Assembly: GCA_016699305.1 (NCBI GenBank)
Contig: CP064970.1
Location: 389,647-453,646 of the forward strand
Length of the DNA stretch: 64,000 nt
Origin: Alphaproteobacteria bacterium
GTDB taxonomy: Bacteria; Pseudomonadota; Alphaproteobacteria; GCA-016699305
Direction: 5' to 3'
Under the pieces are notes generated by a model. It saw nothing but the letters and a program-made list of their open reading frames with translations, had not been told where the DNA came from and ran no database searches. Positions 63,192 through 64,000 of the stretch are shown piece by piece. Made by a program: the position numbers and the translations under genes. Numbering within the stretch: the stretch's first letter is position 1; each line of letters begins with the position of its first letter.

Positions 63192-63872
63192 ATGACAGGA
63201 CGCATTATTGCCGTCGCTCAGCAAAAGGGCGGATCGGGAAAGACGACGTTGGCGGCGCATATGGCGGTCGCCTGGGCGCAAATGGGGCATCGGGTCGCCA
63301 CGATGGACATCGATCCACAAGGCAGCCTCAGCCGCTGGTTCGCGGTGCGTGAGGCGCAAATGGGAAACGAATCCGGTCTGGTGCATTGCCAATTGGCCGG
63401 ATGGCGCGTGCAAAAGGAAGTTGAGAATTTGGCGGCGCAGCACGATATCGTGTTGATCGACAGTCCGCCCCATACCCAGACCGAGGCCCGTCTGGCTCTT
63501 CGCGCGGCGGACCTGGCCTTGATCCCCTTACAGCCCAGCCCCATGGATATGTGGGCCACTCAGCCCATTTTAGACCTGGCGCAAGACGAGCAGACCCCTG
63601 CCCTATTGGTCCTAAACCGCATGCCCCCGCGCGGAGCCTTGGCCGAGGCAGCCGTGGCGGAATTACCGAAACTGGGCGTACCCATCGCGCGGACGAGACT
63701 GGGCAACCGCATCGCCTATGCCGCCGCCTTGGTCAGCGGCCGCAGCGTCACCGAAACCGGCGGCTCCCGCCGCGCCAGCGAAGAAATCAGCGCCTTGGCG
63801 GAAGAGGTCTTGAAGCATATCATCCGCCTCGAACGGAAAACTTCATCTACAATGCGGCGCAAAAGCGCGTGA
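63192..63872 (+). CDS. ParA/MinD-family ATPase (orphan ParA-like)
   Basis: Deviant Walker A QKGGSGKTT, IVLIDSPP; no parB seen downstream within the window. Confidence 0.85.
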   Translation: MTGRIIAVAQQKGGSGKTTLAAHMAVAWAQMGHRVATMDIDPQGSLSRWFAVREAQMGNESGLVHCQLAGWRVQKEVENLAAQHDIVLIDSPPHTQTEARLALRAADLALIPLQPSPMDMWATQPILDLAQDEQTPALLVLNRMPPRGALAEAAVAELPKLGVPIARTRLGNRIAYAAALVSGRSVTETGGSRRASEEISALAEEVLKHIIRLERKTSSTMRRKSA

Positions 63873-64000
63873 CCGATAGGAAGAATCCACGACTCAGCGA
63901 CAGCGTTGATGGCAAGTGATGGATGCTCGCCTACGCGGGCATGACTAAGTTGTGAGGGTAGATTTCATATGAATACGGCAAGCCTTGTCGTGAGTCTCCC

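Overview
High-GC (~60%) chromosomal segment of an alphaproteobacterium (ctrA, dnaA-rpsT, tat, flagellar fliI/fliJ), mostly housekeeping genes read directly from the ORF translations. The standout is a ~10 kb accessory locus (21.1-31.3 kb) between atpD and a capD-like gene: a 1874-aa RTX-type giant protein with a glycine-zipper N-terminal head, preceded by an array of low-GC small genes, a second gene carrying a lytic-transglycosylase head fused to a near-identical copy of the RTX Ca-binding segment, 5'-truncated RTX fragments, and a ~90-220 bp junction repeat present four times. I read this as a candidate polymorphic toxin/immunity cassette system in which the N-terminal head is the exchangeable part; this is inference from sequence only. 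Other points of interest: an FNT channel gene embedded between atpG and atpD with no atpA/atpC nearby, an orphan nuoC, a Thg1-like protein, a truncated prepilin peptidase, a minimal GspE/GspF-type operon, a tRNA-Met(CAT) next to a lower-GC gene, and an SRP RNA upstream of dnaX. No CRISPR array, transposase or integrase was seen. All coordinates of repeats and RNA features are approximate and no database search was run.
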